Made by a program: the position numbers and the translations under genes
The notes under the pieces: model-generated
Seen by the model: only the letters and a program-made list of their open reading frames with translations
What the model was told of the DNA's origin: nothing
Databases searched by the model: none
Shown: one piece after another, positions 24,695 through 38,532 of the stretch
How positions within the stretch are numbered: position 1 is the stretch's first letter
How the letters are laid out: every line of letters starts with the position of its first letter
Assembly: GCA_951406725.2 (NCBI GenBank)
Contig: OX597823.1
Location: 113,832,001 to 113,896,000, forward strand
DNA: 64,000 nucleotides
Direction: 5' to 3'
Source: Octopus vulgaris
Taxonomy: Eukaryota

Positions 24695-26570
24695 AGACTA
24701 GACTTGTATTGCTTTGTTTTCACAGTGGCTTCTGTTTCATTTGGTTTTTATTTCAGACTCTCTTAATTCTTATACACATTTCTCTGTTTCTTCTGGTACT
24801 AAGTGCTTTCATGCCTACAGACGAGTTCAAGCATCTGGTTTGTTGTTTGGAGGATTCCTTATTCATGGTAGAATTATCGTTCTCTCTGCTATATATCTTC
24901 AATTGTTTTCCTTTAAAGAATATGGCGTTAGCACATTCATCAAAGTCAAATTCGATTTCAGTATTATCAATAAATAGTTTTACTATAAGAAGCTATTCCG
25001 TCAGTTGATCGCCTTTCACCAAAACATTTAAGATCATTTATATAAAGGTAATTGATTGATCTGTCATATATTCTGCACCTATATTTTATATGAATGTAAC
25101 AAGCATTCGTAGTACATTTCTGAATTCAGTAAAAGAGCTGTCTTCCAGAGCTTCATACTATTCGATAGAAAATCACCAGTAACCGGATAGATTTTAAATT
25201 CCAAGTATTTCTTGGTTCAGTTACCTTGAAGGCTATCAAACATGTTCTTTAAAACCAATGTAAGGAATGGAAATGGAAACGTTTTGTTCCATCTATTTAT
25301 TGGTGCATGAGTGGCTGTGTCATAAGTAGCTTGCTTACCAACCACATGGATCCAGGTTCATTCCCACTGCGTGGCACCTTGAGCAAGTGTCTTCTACTAT
25401 AGCCTCGGGCCTACCAATGTCTTGTGAGTGGATTTGGTAGATGGAAACTGAAAGAAGCCCGTGGTATATATGTATATATATATGTATATGTATATGTGTG
25501 TATATCTTTCTGTGTCTGTGTTTGTCCCCCCAGCATCGCTTGACAGCTGATGGTGGTGTGTTTACGTTCCCATAACTTAGCGGTTTGGCAAAAGAGAACT
25601 ATAGAATAAGTACTAGGTTTACAAAGTATAAGTACTGGGGGCGATTTGCTCAACTAAAGGTGGTGCCCCGGCATGGCCGCAGTCAACTGACTGAAACAAG
25701 TAAAAGAGTAAAATAGTAAAAGTGTCATCCACATTATTTATATTGATTACGAGCTGGTCTTTACTACATTCATACAAATCACGTTTACAGCCTGCTTGTT
25801 CGTTGGGTAGGACCGCGTTAACCATCCTAATGAAGGATTTTAATATTGTAACTATGGTTGGAAAAAATTATATTCTTCGATGTTTAGAGGTTTATTTCAT
25901 CACTTCTAAGGATTTAGAGAGTTACTTCATTTACCAGACATGACAAAATTTTACCGGTGTAATTTATAATATTTTTGTACAGGTAGCTCAATATGTGGTA
26001 GGATTCAGGTTGTGGCTTCTGTTAGAAGTTAGTAATTCTATTTTTAACAGGTGATCCCCTTTTGCTAGATATTATCAGAGTAGTACTGAGATCTTCAACA
26101 CAAATATCTTTCCATATTTGCACTTTAATAATATCTCTGATGTGTAGATCGCTACTTGATAGGTTTCTTAGAGATTAAATCAGAATGATTTCAAGAAAAT
26201 TGGTAGTTCCTCTTAAATAGACGTGGTTGCCATAGTTATCTTAGATTTGGCAATTTTTCTATAGATTATAGAATTGTTCGTAAGAAACAGTTCGCTTCGT
26301 AGAAGTTTGATCTTTTCTCGAGCCGCGTTATGCGTGTTTCTTTGGCTTGCATCAGTTGTGTGAATTTTTGATTACGTCGTCGATTTCGCTGATACGTTTC
26401 ATGCTAATTCCTTAGCTTTTGGAAAGAACAATATTTTCCTTTCGTTTTCTTGAATATTTAACAACCAGATCTACGTACTCTCGTTAATTCTAATTTACAA
26501 GCTTCTGCTCAAGAGCTGCGCCCATATTATGATAAGAGAAATCCGGTATTTTCCTCACTATGTATTTTCT
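24695..26570 (-). pseudogene. Old, heavily decayed Dong/R4-type reverse transcriptase remnant interrupted by a SINE
   Basis: Collinear degenerate motifs on the minus strand: LPNEQAGCKR...SKDQLVIN (~25760-25810), MFDSL (~25235), FLSNSMKLWKT (~25150), INYLYINDLKCF (~25035, equivalent to YMDDLK), IVKLFIDNTEIEFDFDECA...KGK (~24910-24985). Confidence 0.75.
25302..25720 (+). mobile_element. tRNA-derived SINE family B (CORE-like), full length
   Basis: ggtgcatgagtggctgtgt...ccaggttcattcccactgcgtggcaccttgagcaagtgtcttctactatagcc, internal microsatellite, (AGTAAA)-like tail. Confidence 0.9.
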
Positions 26571-26996
26571 ATATACTTGAAACATCCTAGATGAAGCGTT
26601 TCGGTGTCGGCGAAATGCTTAACAGCATTTTACTCTGGCGCTTTACGTTCTATGTTCTAATTCCGCAGATAACGTTTCAGGTTCATTATAATAAAGTAAC
26701 AGTCATGTACTGGGGTCGATGCTATCGAGCGAAACATACTCCTTAAAACTGCTGTCGTCCGTCTGGAAAAATGAAAGAACTGTTATTACATGTTTCACAA
26801 AGCTGTCTTTCCATATTAACAATTTTTCATTATTTAATATATTTTGATTTATATGATATACGTTATAACAATTACAGACACAAATACATACATACACACT
26901 TACATATATACACACATACACTCACACACACACACACATATATATATATACATATATATACATATATGTATATATATATATATATATGTATCTATT

Positions 26997-27032
<36 letters not shown>

Positions 27033-27145
27033 TACATATTTACATACATATTCGAATACCTTTCTGCACACATGTATAGAATTTACACATGCCTGTGAGC
27101 GTGCACATATGTGACGCTACATGTAAGTGTAAATAAATACATAGC

Positions 27146-27176
<31 letters not shown>

Positions 27177-27734
27177 TGACATTTATATATGTGTGTGTAT
27201 GTATATATGGCCGCGTATATAAGTGTAATTGCATGTAAGTATAAATAAATATATAGCTATATTTTCATTTCTTACGTGTCAGATATATTATTCTGCTTTC
27301 ATTTTCCCAATTATCACACACACAAACACACAAACGCATGCACACACACATACTCACACACACAAACACATATACACACAGTCACAAGCAGACACACTTG
27401 CACACAAACACAAAGCGGATGGCACAAAGAGATGCTTGCACATGTAGATACACACTTATATGTGTGTTAACAAATACGAGCATACTTTCATCAAAAATTT
27501 GTGTGTGTGTGTATATAAGCATACATGTGTATATATACATACACACATATATACACACACATATATACATATATGTACATAAGCATATATATGTATGTAT
27601 ATATACATATATATGTATTTATATGTGTGTGTGCGTATAAAGACATATATATATATATTATATATGTATATATATATATATGTGTGTGTAAATATATAAT
27701 ATATATATATATAAATGTATGTGTATGTATATAT

Positions 27735-27779
<45 letters not shown>

Positions 27780-27801
27780 AATGTATATATATATACACAT
27801 T

Positions 27802-27838
<37 letters not shown>

Positions 27839-28436
27839 AACGGGGGAGAATGAGAGAGAGCGAGAAATAGAAAGTTGTACGTTGTGTATAGTTATAACCA
27901 TTTGTACGTAAAAGATTTACTTTATTAAAAAAAAGAACATAAAAACAACGCATGTACAAGCATTAGTTTACGTTGAAGAACTTGTAAATAAGTGCCATTA
28001 GGTGTGTGTATGTGTGTGTGTCTGTTTTTGCGTGTGTGTATTTGTCTATGACTGTGTGCATGCGCATCTCTATGGTTTCTGCATGTGTCTACACTTTGCA
28101 TAATAGTGGTGATGTTTTTCTAATTATATGCATAAAATATACTTCTAAATAAATAAATATGTACTTTTAGAAATTTGCAATCCTCCATGTTTGTACGAAG
28201 ACGATTTCACATTACATACATATACGTAGTACACACATATATTTTCATATCTGGGCAAGTGGAAGCGTTTGTGCAAGTATCTGCGCGCGTAGCTACGCTG
28301 ATATAAACGGATATTGGTGGAATAACACACATGTGATCCATTTTCATAGAGACGTATGCTTGACGCACAATCAAGATGGTATATACAAATATATATGGAT
28401 GCATACATACCTTATATATATATATATATATATATA

Positions 28437-29726
28437 CAGGGTGGGGAAGCAAAATTCACAATATTTTGAGGCAGGGATTGAAAGACAGTGTATGACCAAT
28501 TAGTTTATTGAAAGTCATGAGAATTTATTTGCCACAAGAAAATTTACATAATAGGAAATTTTTTTTATTCTATGTGTCCTCCTTCTTTCTCAATAACTGC
28601 CTTCACACGCTTCCTGAAACTTGTACAAGTGTTCCTCAAATATTCGGGAGACAAAGTCTCCCATTCTTCTTTAATAGTATCTTTAAGAGAGTCGACATTA
28701 CTGTGTGATGTTCTATTGCTAGCATGTTCTAGAACGCCTCAAATAGCATAATCCAGAGGGTTTAGATCTGGGTTAGAAGGTGGCCATAAACATAATTCCA
28801 AGAAATTGCTAAAGTTGGATTTGCAGAAATCTTGTATTTTTCTAGCTGTGTGGGCTGGAGCACCATCCTATGTCCATACATAATTACCATCTGGGTAGTT
28901 TGCTTTAAGCTATCGCAATACTTAGTATCTCAGAGTCTTCTAGTAAGTATTAACATTGGTCTTTTCATCAGCTTTATAGAATTGTATATGCACTTTCTTT
29001 CTATCAGAAGCCACAACACCAAAAGCCATAACTTGAGCAGAATGTTTTGTTTTGAATGTCCTCTTAACCTCAGCTGTTGATTTTGCGATAATTCTGTCAT
29101 TTCTGCGGTTCAGAACAGTATCGACACTGAAGATCTTTTCCTCTGAAAAGATTGTTACAATGGAGGACTTTTTATTGATCCATAAAATATTTTTCTTGCA
29201 CCTTCCCAATCTGTTTTCCTTCATAGCTGTTGTCAACAAGTGTTTTAGTGTTCTTGTGTAAGATTTTAACCTGAAAGCATATTTTACTGCATTTCTAATG
29301 GTCTTGTTGTCTACCTCAGTTTCAATTGCGAATTTTCTCATGGATATGGTTGGATCCTTTAGGATTTGGGTTTTGAGAGCTTTAATAAAAGCTTTGGTAC
29401 GTTTTTTGTTGATTCCTCCACTTCCATACTTCCTCATAATAGTTTTGCTCATAATCATTCTATTCTTTATATTACAAATAGTTTTATGGACACTCCAACT
29501 ATTTTTGAAATCTCCTTTGGTGTGACGAGTGCATTCAGCAAATCACACCCTCTTTAACTTTTGCTTTCCTGATTACTCATATTGGCAAAAGTTTCTGAAA
29601 AGGTAAGGATAACAGTGTTGGGTATGATCACGACATCAATATATGCTAGGTTTCAAAACAATTGACTTAGTGCCTGCCGAGAAAAAACAACTTAACATTT
29701 ATTGTAAATTTTGCTTCCCCACCCTG
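28437..29726 (-). mobile_element. maT-type (DD37D) Tc1/mariner transposon, full length, decayed
   Basis: 27-bp TIRs cagggtggggaagcaaaatt(c/t)acaata with TA flanks. Transposase from ~29580: IFSEEKIFSVD..NRRNDR, TKHSAQVMAFGVVASD, DGAPAHTA...WPPSNPDLNPLDY (37 residues between the two D after frameshift repair). Contains stops and frameshifts. Confidence 0.95.
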
Positions 29727-29847
29727 TATATATATATATATACATATATGCGTGTGTGTGTGTGTGTGTGTGTGTGTGCGTTTGTGTGTCTGTGTGCCTG
29801 TGTGTATGCATATGTCTGTGTATTATATATATATATGTATATATATA

Positions 29848-30031
29848 TATTTCGTTTGCAAGATTCTTTATATGAGTTTATGTGTTGAAGCATATTTTGT
29901 CCTGTCTGGGGAGAGTCAGTTTCTGTGCCTTATAATGTAATACACTCCCCGGTAAAATTTCCACTTTTTCTTATTTATAATTTCCTAAAATTTTCGTTGC
30001 GTCTTGCAACCCTTTCAATAGTCTTGACTAT

Positions 30032-30032
<1 letters not shown>
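29848..30032 (-). mobile_element. PLE pseudo-LTR and tail fragment in (AT)n
   Basis: Tail gcaagattcttt...atgtgttgaagcatattt resembles the PLE tail at 50820-50864; contains a hammerhead motif. Confidence 0.7.
29985..30021 (-). ncRNA. Minimal hammerhead-like motif, U3-A8 variant
   Basis: Minus strand: cta-TTGAAAG-g-gttgc-aagac-gcaac-GAAA-a-TTT-tag; palindromic AATT helix III. Confidence 0.6.
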
Positions 30033-30091
<59 letters not shown>

Positions 30092-30308
30092 TATATTCGT
30101 CAACAATGGAACATCACAAAGTAATGCATCAGTTTCCAAAGGTATTTCATTAAATAGCTCTCCAAAGTGACAAGGCTAAACTATTTATTAAACCGCTCTT
30201 TAAGGTGCTTATTTTTTCTTGAAGCATATTTGGATACGAAGAAACAGAAGTACCTAAAATGTTGATGGATAAATCCGATGAATACGATGATAACCACGTC
30301 TTTAATAA

Positions 30309-30692
30309 GCTTTTCGATTATAGGCACAAGGCCTGCAATTTTTTGATTGGCGTAAGTCGATTAAATCGACCCCAGTGCTTAACTGGTATTTATTTTATCG
30401 ACCACGAAAGAATGAAAGGTGAAGTCGACCACGGTGGAGTTTGAACTCAGAACGTAAGAATGGGCGAAATGCCGCTAAGCATTTTGTTCCGATGTGCTAA
30501 CGATTCAGCCAGCAAACAGCTTCAGCCATGTCTTTAATAATGGTTCCAAACTTTTGGCACAAGTCCAGCAGATTCGGAAAAGGGGGATAAACCGATACCA
30601 TCGACCACTGGTGTTCAGTGGCACTTATTTTAGTCACCCCTGAAGGATGAAATGCAAAATCGGCTTCAGCAGAATTTGAACTCAGAACTTGA
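30309..30692 (-). mobile_element. Two family A SINEs; the first has a 15-bp TSD-like repeat
   Basis: Cores at ~30400 and ~30640; cca(c/t)gtctttaataa at ~30294 and ~30526. Confidence 0.85.
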
Positions 30693-30947
30693 AACCTATG
30701 TATTTAATATTAAGATGAATATGTACCATAGTAATAATACCAGTTTCAAATTTAGGCACAAGCCCAGCAATTATGGTGTAACAGTCGTGCCGGTTGCATG
30801 TATTCTATGCGATTATGAAAACCAATCTTTTCTGTCCACTCGTTGAACCTCTTCCACATCGATCCTAAGACTCCAGTGAATAGTACGCTCTTACCTTTTC
30901 TGCAACACCAAAATCTACTACCCTCTCTCTCTTTCTCTCTCTCCCTC

Positions 30948-30985
<38 letters not shown>

Positions 30986-31149
30986 TGTATATCTATATTA
31001 TTATTATTATTCTATGTTTGACTTTTGCTTTATGTCTGTACAAGTTGGCTCCAAGTCTCACCCAGAGACCTCAAGAGGCAACAGGTTGGAAGTTCGTATT
31101 GTTGTTATGCCTAGTGTGCCATATATTTGGTTTTGTATTTAGTGTTGTA

Positions 31150-31155
31150 TTTATT

Positions 31156-31218
<63 letters not shown>

Positions 31219-32021
31219 TTCATTGTTTCTTTCAATCTGTTTCCATTTCTTGCCGAGTGTCTTTTTGTCATCTTGGTCTGAGAAACATACTGTACACATT
31301 GGTAGGCCATTAAAATAAACACACCAGATTGTTCATTTACAGAGAGAAAAATAAAAAAGAAAATAAAGGGGAAAAGGAAAGAAAATTCACAGCGACAATG
31401 CTCTTCTCAATACGTTTGACATACCAGTTAAGATGATATTTTGTACTTCCTGCAAGGATCGTTCTTATAAAATTTTCAATTCCTTTTTTGATCATTCCAA
31501 GTGCTCTTACAATCACTGTCATTATAACTGTCTTGAGATGCCGCATCTTCTCGATTTCTGAGCTTATCAGATTCTTATGCGGAGATATTATGGTCACAGA
31601 ATATGCTCATGTCAATCAAAATACAGAATTTATTGTTTTGGTCTTTCACAACAATATCTGGTTCATTTGCTTTGTTGGTCCAATCTGTGTACATACTGCG
31701 AAGTCCCAAAAGATAGTTACCTTTTCTCCCTCAGTTACAGCCTAGTGGTGGTGCTTGTACAATTTGTCGACAGTTTTGTCGACAGGAGCTATCACCTAAC
31801 AACTACAGATTAGGTGGTTCACTATTTCTATCCCATCGTTGCAGTATCAGTGCTTTCGGTCTAAACCATTTTTCATTACACTTGCTGGTAAATAAGCTCT
31901 GATCTTGGGCAGCCAAGATAAAAACCTTCTCTCTCTGCTTTTAGCCCTGAGCTCAGTAGCCACTGACGGGTATGCTTCTGATCTACACCAGCTTGTTTGC
32001 TATTGGCTACATATCTGCCAT
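31150..32021 (-). mobile_element. 5'-truncated Dong/R4 element A (same family as 1-271)
   Basis: Minus strand: GRY...VDQKHTRQWLLSSGLKA..EGFILAAQDQSL, WDF, LIDMSI; matching 3' UTR; (TAA)n tail at 31150-31217. Confidence 0.85.
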
Positions 32022-32700
32022 TTATTATTATTACTCTGAAAGTCTCTCGGATACTTCTTAATTACTGGTTGTTCTTTACTTGTAAACAGACAATACCAAA
32101 TCACCAAAGGTTTCAAGTAGTGCCTTCTCCTGTAACTCAAAGTGACAATACTTTCCTTAGAATGCAAGCTGTATTCAAAAATGCTGTCTTCTGGATCACT
32201 TTGTGCCTGACAGCAGCACCAGCGCCAATATTCTTAAAATGTTTTGCAAAGCTCTTGAAAACTGCTCCTAATGCTCCAAATACCGCTGGTATCACCACTA
32301 TTTTCCTCATGCCCCATAACTTTCCTGTCTCGTCCTGCAGTGGCCGGTATTTCTCACTATTTTCTGTTTCCTTGCATTTCACCCTCGAATCGCCTGGTAT
32401 TGCAACATCTATTATCCTTGCTTCTTCGTCATCTTTATGCATGATCACGGTATCTAACCGTCTCGCCTCTATGACTTGGTCACACTCTATGTTAAAAAAT
32501 CAGAGTGTTTTGTAATGTTCATTTTCCATTACTCCCTCTGGCTTGTGTTCATACCACTGTTCGACTCTCTCGAGGTTTACTTTACCGCAAAACAGCCAAT
32601 ATACATATATGGTAACATTGTCGCATCTCCATTTGTATTCGTGTTTGGACATATCTAGCCACATAGTCGTGTCTCCTTTTGTATTCGCGTTCTTATCTTA
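32022..32700 (-). mobile_element. 5'-truncated Dong/R4 element B (restriction-like endonuclease domain)
   Basis: EYKRRHDYVAR, then ORF 32137-32448 IIDVAIPGDSRV...EKYRPL...LWGMR...VFGALG...QKTAFLNTACILRKVL. Short TAA tail at 32022-32032; TAA/CAA tract at the 5' flank. Confidence 0.9.
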
Positions 32701-33033
32701 ATTATTATTGTTGTTGTTGTTGTTATCATTGCTGTTGTTTTTGTACTTTAATGTGACTCCGACACTGACGGAGTAACAGTAATCTACAAGATATGGAATT
32801 TTATCGGCGCGGGAATGATAAGTAAATCTAATTTAGGCAAGGTTTGAACTCAAAACACGAAAAGAACCAGAATAATTACTCCAAGACATTCTGCCACTTA
32901 AAAGATTGTAATCACTTCCTATATGTTACACCAGGCAGAAATCCAACGAAACTGCAAATGTAAATAAGATTGGTTCTATTAACAATTAAGATAAATTAAT
33001 AAAATAATTTTATTCTTTAATCCAACTAATCGC

Positions 33034-33185
33034 CTTTAGTCGAACAAATCGACCCCAGGATTTATTCTTTAGAAACCTCGTACTTCTGTCAATCTCTTCT
33101 ACCGAACCGCTAAGTTACAGGGACATAAACACACCATCACCAACATCGGTCCACACAAATACGCTCGCGCGCACACACACACACA

Positions 33186-33232
<47 letters not shown>

Positions 33233-33400
33233 TACGGGCTTCTCTCACTTTCTGTCTAACAAATCCACTCATAAGGATTTAGTCGGCGCGTGGCTATAAT
33301 AGAAGACTCTTGCTCAAGGTGGGGTGCAATGCAGTGGAACTGAAGCCGTAACCATGTAGTCTGGAAGCAAGCTACTTACCACATAACCACTTCTGCGCTT
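33034..33400 (-). mobile_element. Family B SINE
   Basis: Reverse-complement match to 25302-25720 (gcgcagaagtggttatgtggtaagtagcttgcttcc...). Confidence 0.85.
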
Positions 33401-33627
33401 ATTTGCTAAATAATACATTTTTTTTTACGGAAATAGCGAGTATCAAAAAAATAATGAAGTAGAGACTGTGAACAATAAACCTTATAAAATTTGAGAGGAA
33501 AGCCAAATTCATAACAATATTCTCGGAGTTACTAAAAAGGAAGCAAGGGAAACGAGGTGCGTAATAAACAAGATTTGGAGTTGATTATTCAAAGAGACAA
33601 ATCAACGTGTGACTGTGTGGGTAAATA

Positions 33628-33852
33628 TTGAGTTGACCGGAAAGTTTCTGCCGATTTTTAAAGGAAAGAAACAGGTCAATAAATACTTGCCATTACCTTT
33701 TTTATCACCCAAATATGAACCATTTTGATGCACAATGCGTCTCCATCTTTCCTTTAACTTGAAAATACCCCCTTCACAGAATTGAGGTGCTTGGGAGTGT
33801 AAGTCGAAAGGTAAGCTACTATAAATCGGCACGGACTTACCGGACAGCCCAA
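33628..33852 (-). mobile_element. Internally deleted mariner (MITE-like)
   Basis: TIRs TA-ttgagttgaccggaaagtttctgccgattt / aaatcggcacggacttaccggacagcccaa-TA. Retains the transposase C-terminus FCEGGIFKLKERWRRIVHQNGSY. Confidence 0.88.
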
Positions 33853-34585
33853 TACAAATACATATAAACAGTATATACGTGTTCATTTTAGAGAGAGAGG
33901 CAGAGTGAGAGAGAGAGAAAGAGAGAGATAAGGAAGGTGTGATAGAGGAAGAAGAAATAAATGATAGTAAAAGATAATTTCAGAAAGAATGGAAATAAAA
34001 TATATTAAATGAGACGAATATAAACATACATGCGTAAATTTGAAACGATCCAAGTAAAAACAAAAAAAAAAAGCGGTGTTAGTACTTATCAAAAGACAGC
34101 TGAAACAGAAGATATCAAATCAAAAACGGTTTTGCCATCTTATGTCTATTTATGAACATTTTGATCTGGTAGAAATTCTTCTACTGCATGATTTTGAAAC
34201 GATGAGATTAATCATACTGATCACACACACATACACACACATATCTTACTACATAAAATTAAACTACAAATTTTTGTTTTAGTTTATGAATAGCGAAAAT
34301 TAAAGAAATTATTTTCAATACTTTTAAGAGTACTAATATTGCAATTTTCAATAAGCAGGATATTAATTTGTATGATGAGCCAACTAGATTATAATTTAAA
34401 GAATCTCATGCAACAATAATTTCCAAGCAATAATTTCGGGTTTTAGGCAACTTGGGTTTAAAATATATTGCTATTGGGCTTTAATTTTCAGTATATTGAT
34501 ATATTTTAAAGAATATACAAATGTGTCTCTCTCTCTACATATATCTTTTTATCTGCCAATCACTCTCTCTTTCTCTCTCCCCCTT

Positions 34586-34633
<48 letters not shown>

Positions 34634-35094
34634 GATTATTATTATTATGTTAATTATTACTAAAAACAAAGAAAGAAAAATGGAGATAAGATTAATAAAA
34701 GTTTATTAATACATCGACGAGAACAGACCTACATTTGTTTCAGTTCATTACTTGCAGCATAGTATGCAACAAATTTAATGTAATTTAAGTAAATCAATTT
34801 AGTTAATTACTAATGAATTAATAAACTTTTATTAATTTCCATTTTCTCACTTGGCTTTTAAATAACATCAATAATATATATGTCTGTGCTTATAGTGGTA
34901 GGTATTCAACGAGTATAATCATGAATATTTTTAGCCCTCCGAGGTTTATATCCTCAACTATACTCTGATATACATATATACATGTGTGTGTTGTGCGTGT
35001 GTGGTGTGTGTGTTGTGTGTGTGGTGTCTTTGTGTGTGTACATGTGTGTCTTTGTGTGTGTGTATGTATATGTGTATTTAAATATATATATATT

Positions 35095-35134
<40 letters not shown>

Positions 35135-35142
<8 letters not shown>

Positions 35143-35322
35143 TCGCCCCCATCGCTTGGCAACCGATTCTGGTGTTTGTACTTCCCGGTAACTTCGTGGT
35201 TCGGCTAAAGAGCCCGATAGAATAGGTACTAGCCTTCAGTTCTGGGGGCGATTAATTCAACTAAATGTGATGCTCCAGAATGGCCGCAGTCAAATGAGTG
35301 AAACAAGTAAAAGCATAAAAGG
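35135..35322 (+). mobile_element. Family B SINE, 3' half
   Basis: Matches 25515-25710. Confidence 0.8.
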
Positions 35323-35452
35323 ATGCATATATTCATATTGATGCACACATATATATGTAAACATATATATGCATACATGCACACAGTATGAAAATATATA
35401 TACCTACGCGTATATATTTATGTATACGTATATCTGTCTGTCTGTATGTATG

Positions 35453-35509
<57 letters not shown>

Positions 35510-36386
35510 CTAAACACATATATGTGTATATATTAAGTGTATGAATATATACAAATTTGCGTACGTATATGTGCATGTATATGCATATACGTACCTGCAT
35601 ACATACACATACCAAAACACATACAGTTATATTTATGAACATACATACATGTAAGTATGCATATATGTATATATATATGTATATGTAAATGTCATTATAT
35701 TGTACGTCTATTACCTTGTAGAAGTTACACTGAAAGAGAACTAAGAAAGTCGGTTAATTCTGTATTATTCAAAGTGGATATTTGTCATTTGCATAAAAGA
35801 GAAACTTGAAACAAAATACTTATGTGTTGTAGTCAGGTCATTTGAAACATCATTTCAAAGTTGTTATAGCTACAAATTATATAATGCTAGTTACGAATTA
35901 CATTATTTAATCAAAGCATAATTATATTTCATTTGAAGAGGGAATGGTATTATGTATTATTCACACAACACACTTCGTGTCACTGGAATTACGTTTTAGA
36001 TAATATTTTATACACATTCCAGTCTCAGAATGCAGCAAATGTGATTTTCAAATATCAATCATTATATTTCCAATAAAGTCATTGTTTTATTTTGGGAGGG
36101 TGGGAATTATATTTATACGCCATTAATTGTATACACGTTAGGTTTATTGCGTATGCAGGTAAGTATGCATGCATATATGTACATATGTGTATGTGTGTGT
36201 GTATTTGTGTATATGATTACGTACAGACACATGCTCACAGAACAAACACACACACACAATTATATATGAATGTATACACATTTCCGTGTTCCTATCTTGA
36301 TGCCTCGATGCATTCCTTTCTGTATATGAATGTTTGCATACATATACATACATTTATATACATACATACATACACACATACACACT

Positions 36387-36435
<49 letters not shown>

Positions 36436-36620
36436 ATGTATACATATATATATTATATATATATGCCTGTGTATGTGCGTGTCTTCTTTTGTGTAAACAT
36501 ATATGTATATTTACATGTAGATATGTTTATATATATATATATATTTATATGTCTATATATGTACATACATATATATATATATATATATATTTATACATGC
36601 ATATATGTCTATATATATAC

Positions 36621-36727
<107 letters not shown>

Positions 36728-37507
36728 AACATTTACGTGCATATGTATGTATGCGATATGTGTATATGCGGGCAATAGTGTCCATATTTCTAATAATCTA
36801 TATAGATCATGCAATGCTATGTGTAGATTCTCTATGATAAATGATCTCCCGAAAGTATTTCCTTGTTGTATGTGGTAGTGCAATAATATTTTCAAACCAT
36901 TCCTATTGTTCTTAACTCGCATTTCCTCACTCTACATCATACTAATTATATTTCCCTTCAAATTTCCTCTTGTTTACTTCTGTAGCTTTCACATTTAAAC
37001 AATAGATCCTTTTGTTTCTGCTATGGAATTACAGTTCCTTCTGAAGATACTAATTGAAAACTGTAATATATCCGGTATTCAACAATTGGAATCGAATGAG
37101 GCAGGCAGGTGGCGCGGTGCCGGTGTTGGCGCCGAGATACAATTTGGAACCAACGATGAATGTAGCGTTTCTGAAACAATGGCTGTATTATATCTCAGCT
37201 TCATAATTTACTTTATCTCACCACAGACATCATCTTTCGCCGTGGGACTTATTGCAATTTGATTTATGTTTCTCTAAATCTTTTTCTTTCTCTCTTCCCT
37301 CATTTATCTACCTACCTATCTATTTATATGTCTATGCATCTACCTATGTATCTCCCGGTCTACATGCACATACAAACACACATACATATGTATACACACA
37401 CGCACAGGCATAAGCAAACACATATATCCATAGACATGTATATGCATACGTAGTTGTATATGGATATACAAATATGCTTGTATATATAAATATGTGTGTA
37501 TGTATAT

Positions 37508-37578
<71 letters not shown>

Positions 37579-37690
37579 TATATATATCTATATCTATATA
37601 TATGTATGTATAAGTGCATATTTATGAATATACGTGTGTGTGTGCATGTGTGTTAGGTGTATGTGTGCAGGATTGTACTTTAGCTCGATT

Positions 37691-37751
<61 letters not shown>

Positions 37752-38324
37752 TCTTTACTTTTCCAGAAAAGAACGAAACCTTTCGGTGTAACATCGGTAC
37801 ATAACTGTTTGTCTCAAAAAAATACAAAAAAAACTATTCAATATTTTCATGTAGTTTCAGTGCAAATATTTCAGTGAAATGTTTCATGGGGTGTAATTAA
37901 TCTTCGCAATTTCGCTTTTTGCCTCACTGTGTGAGAGGCGTTTAATCAAACATTTCAATATTTGTAGCAAAATCAGTTACTATCCGCTCCACAAGTTTTT
38001 TACGTACTCCAACCTATGCTAGTGACAGTGATAGATTTTGTTCTTCATTCAGGTACATTTCCCATGGCCTCACTTGATATGATTTGTTGGGGGATTGGCT
38101 GCTCTTTCTATTCTCTATGTATTAGATTAGGACATCGAGTAAAGCTCCCTGTTTTTATACAGTTGATTGATTATGTGGTATGAATTCTTTGCGGACATAC
38201 ACGCACATGCACACATGTATATACACACATGTATATACACACATGTATATACACACATGTATATACACACATTCATACCTGCAAACGCACACACACGCAT
38301 TCATTTATATATGTATTTATTTAT

Positions 38325-38532
38325 TTACTACTCACATGGGGCGAAACACAGAGGGGACAAACAAGGACAGACAAACGGATTAAGTCGATTAATTGGTACT
38401 TAATTTATCGACTCCGTAAGGATGAAAGGCAAAGTCAACCTCGGCTGAAATTGAACTTAGAACGTAATTGCAGACGAAATACGACAACGCATTTCGCCCG
38501 GTGTGCTAACGTTTCTGTCAGCTCGCCGCCTT
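38325..38532 (-). mobile_element. Family A SINE
   Basis: Full core ending cagctcgccgcc on the plus strand (the SINE 5' end), followed by a short duplication of that end. Confidence 0.9.
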
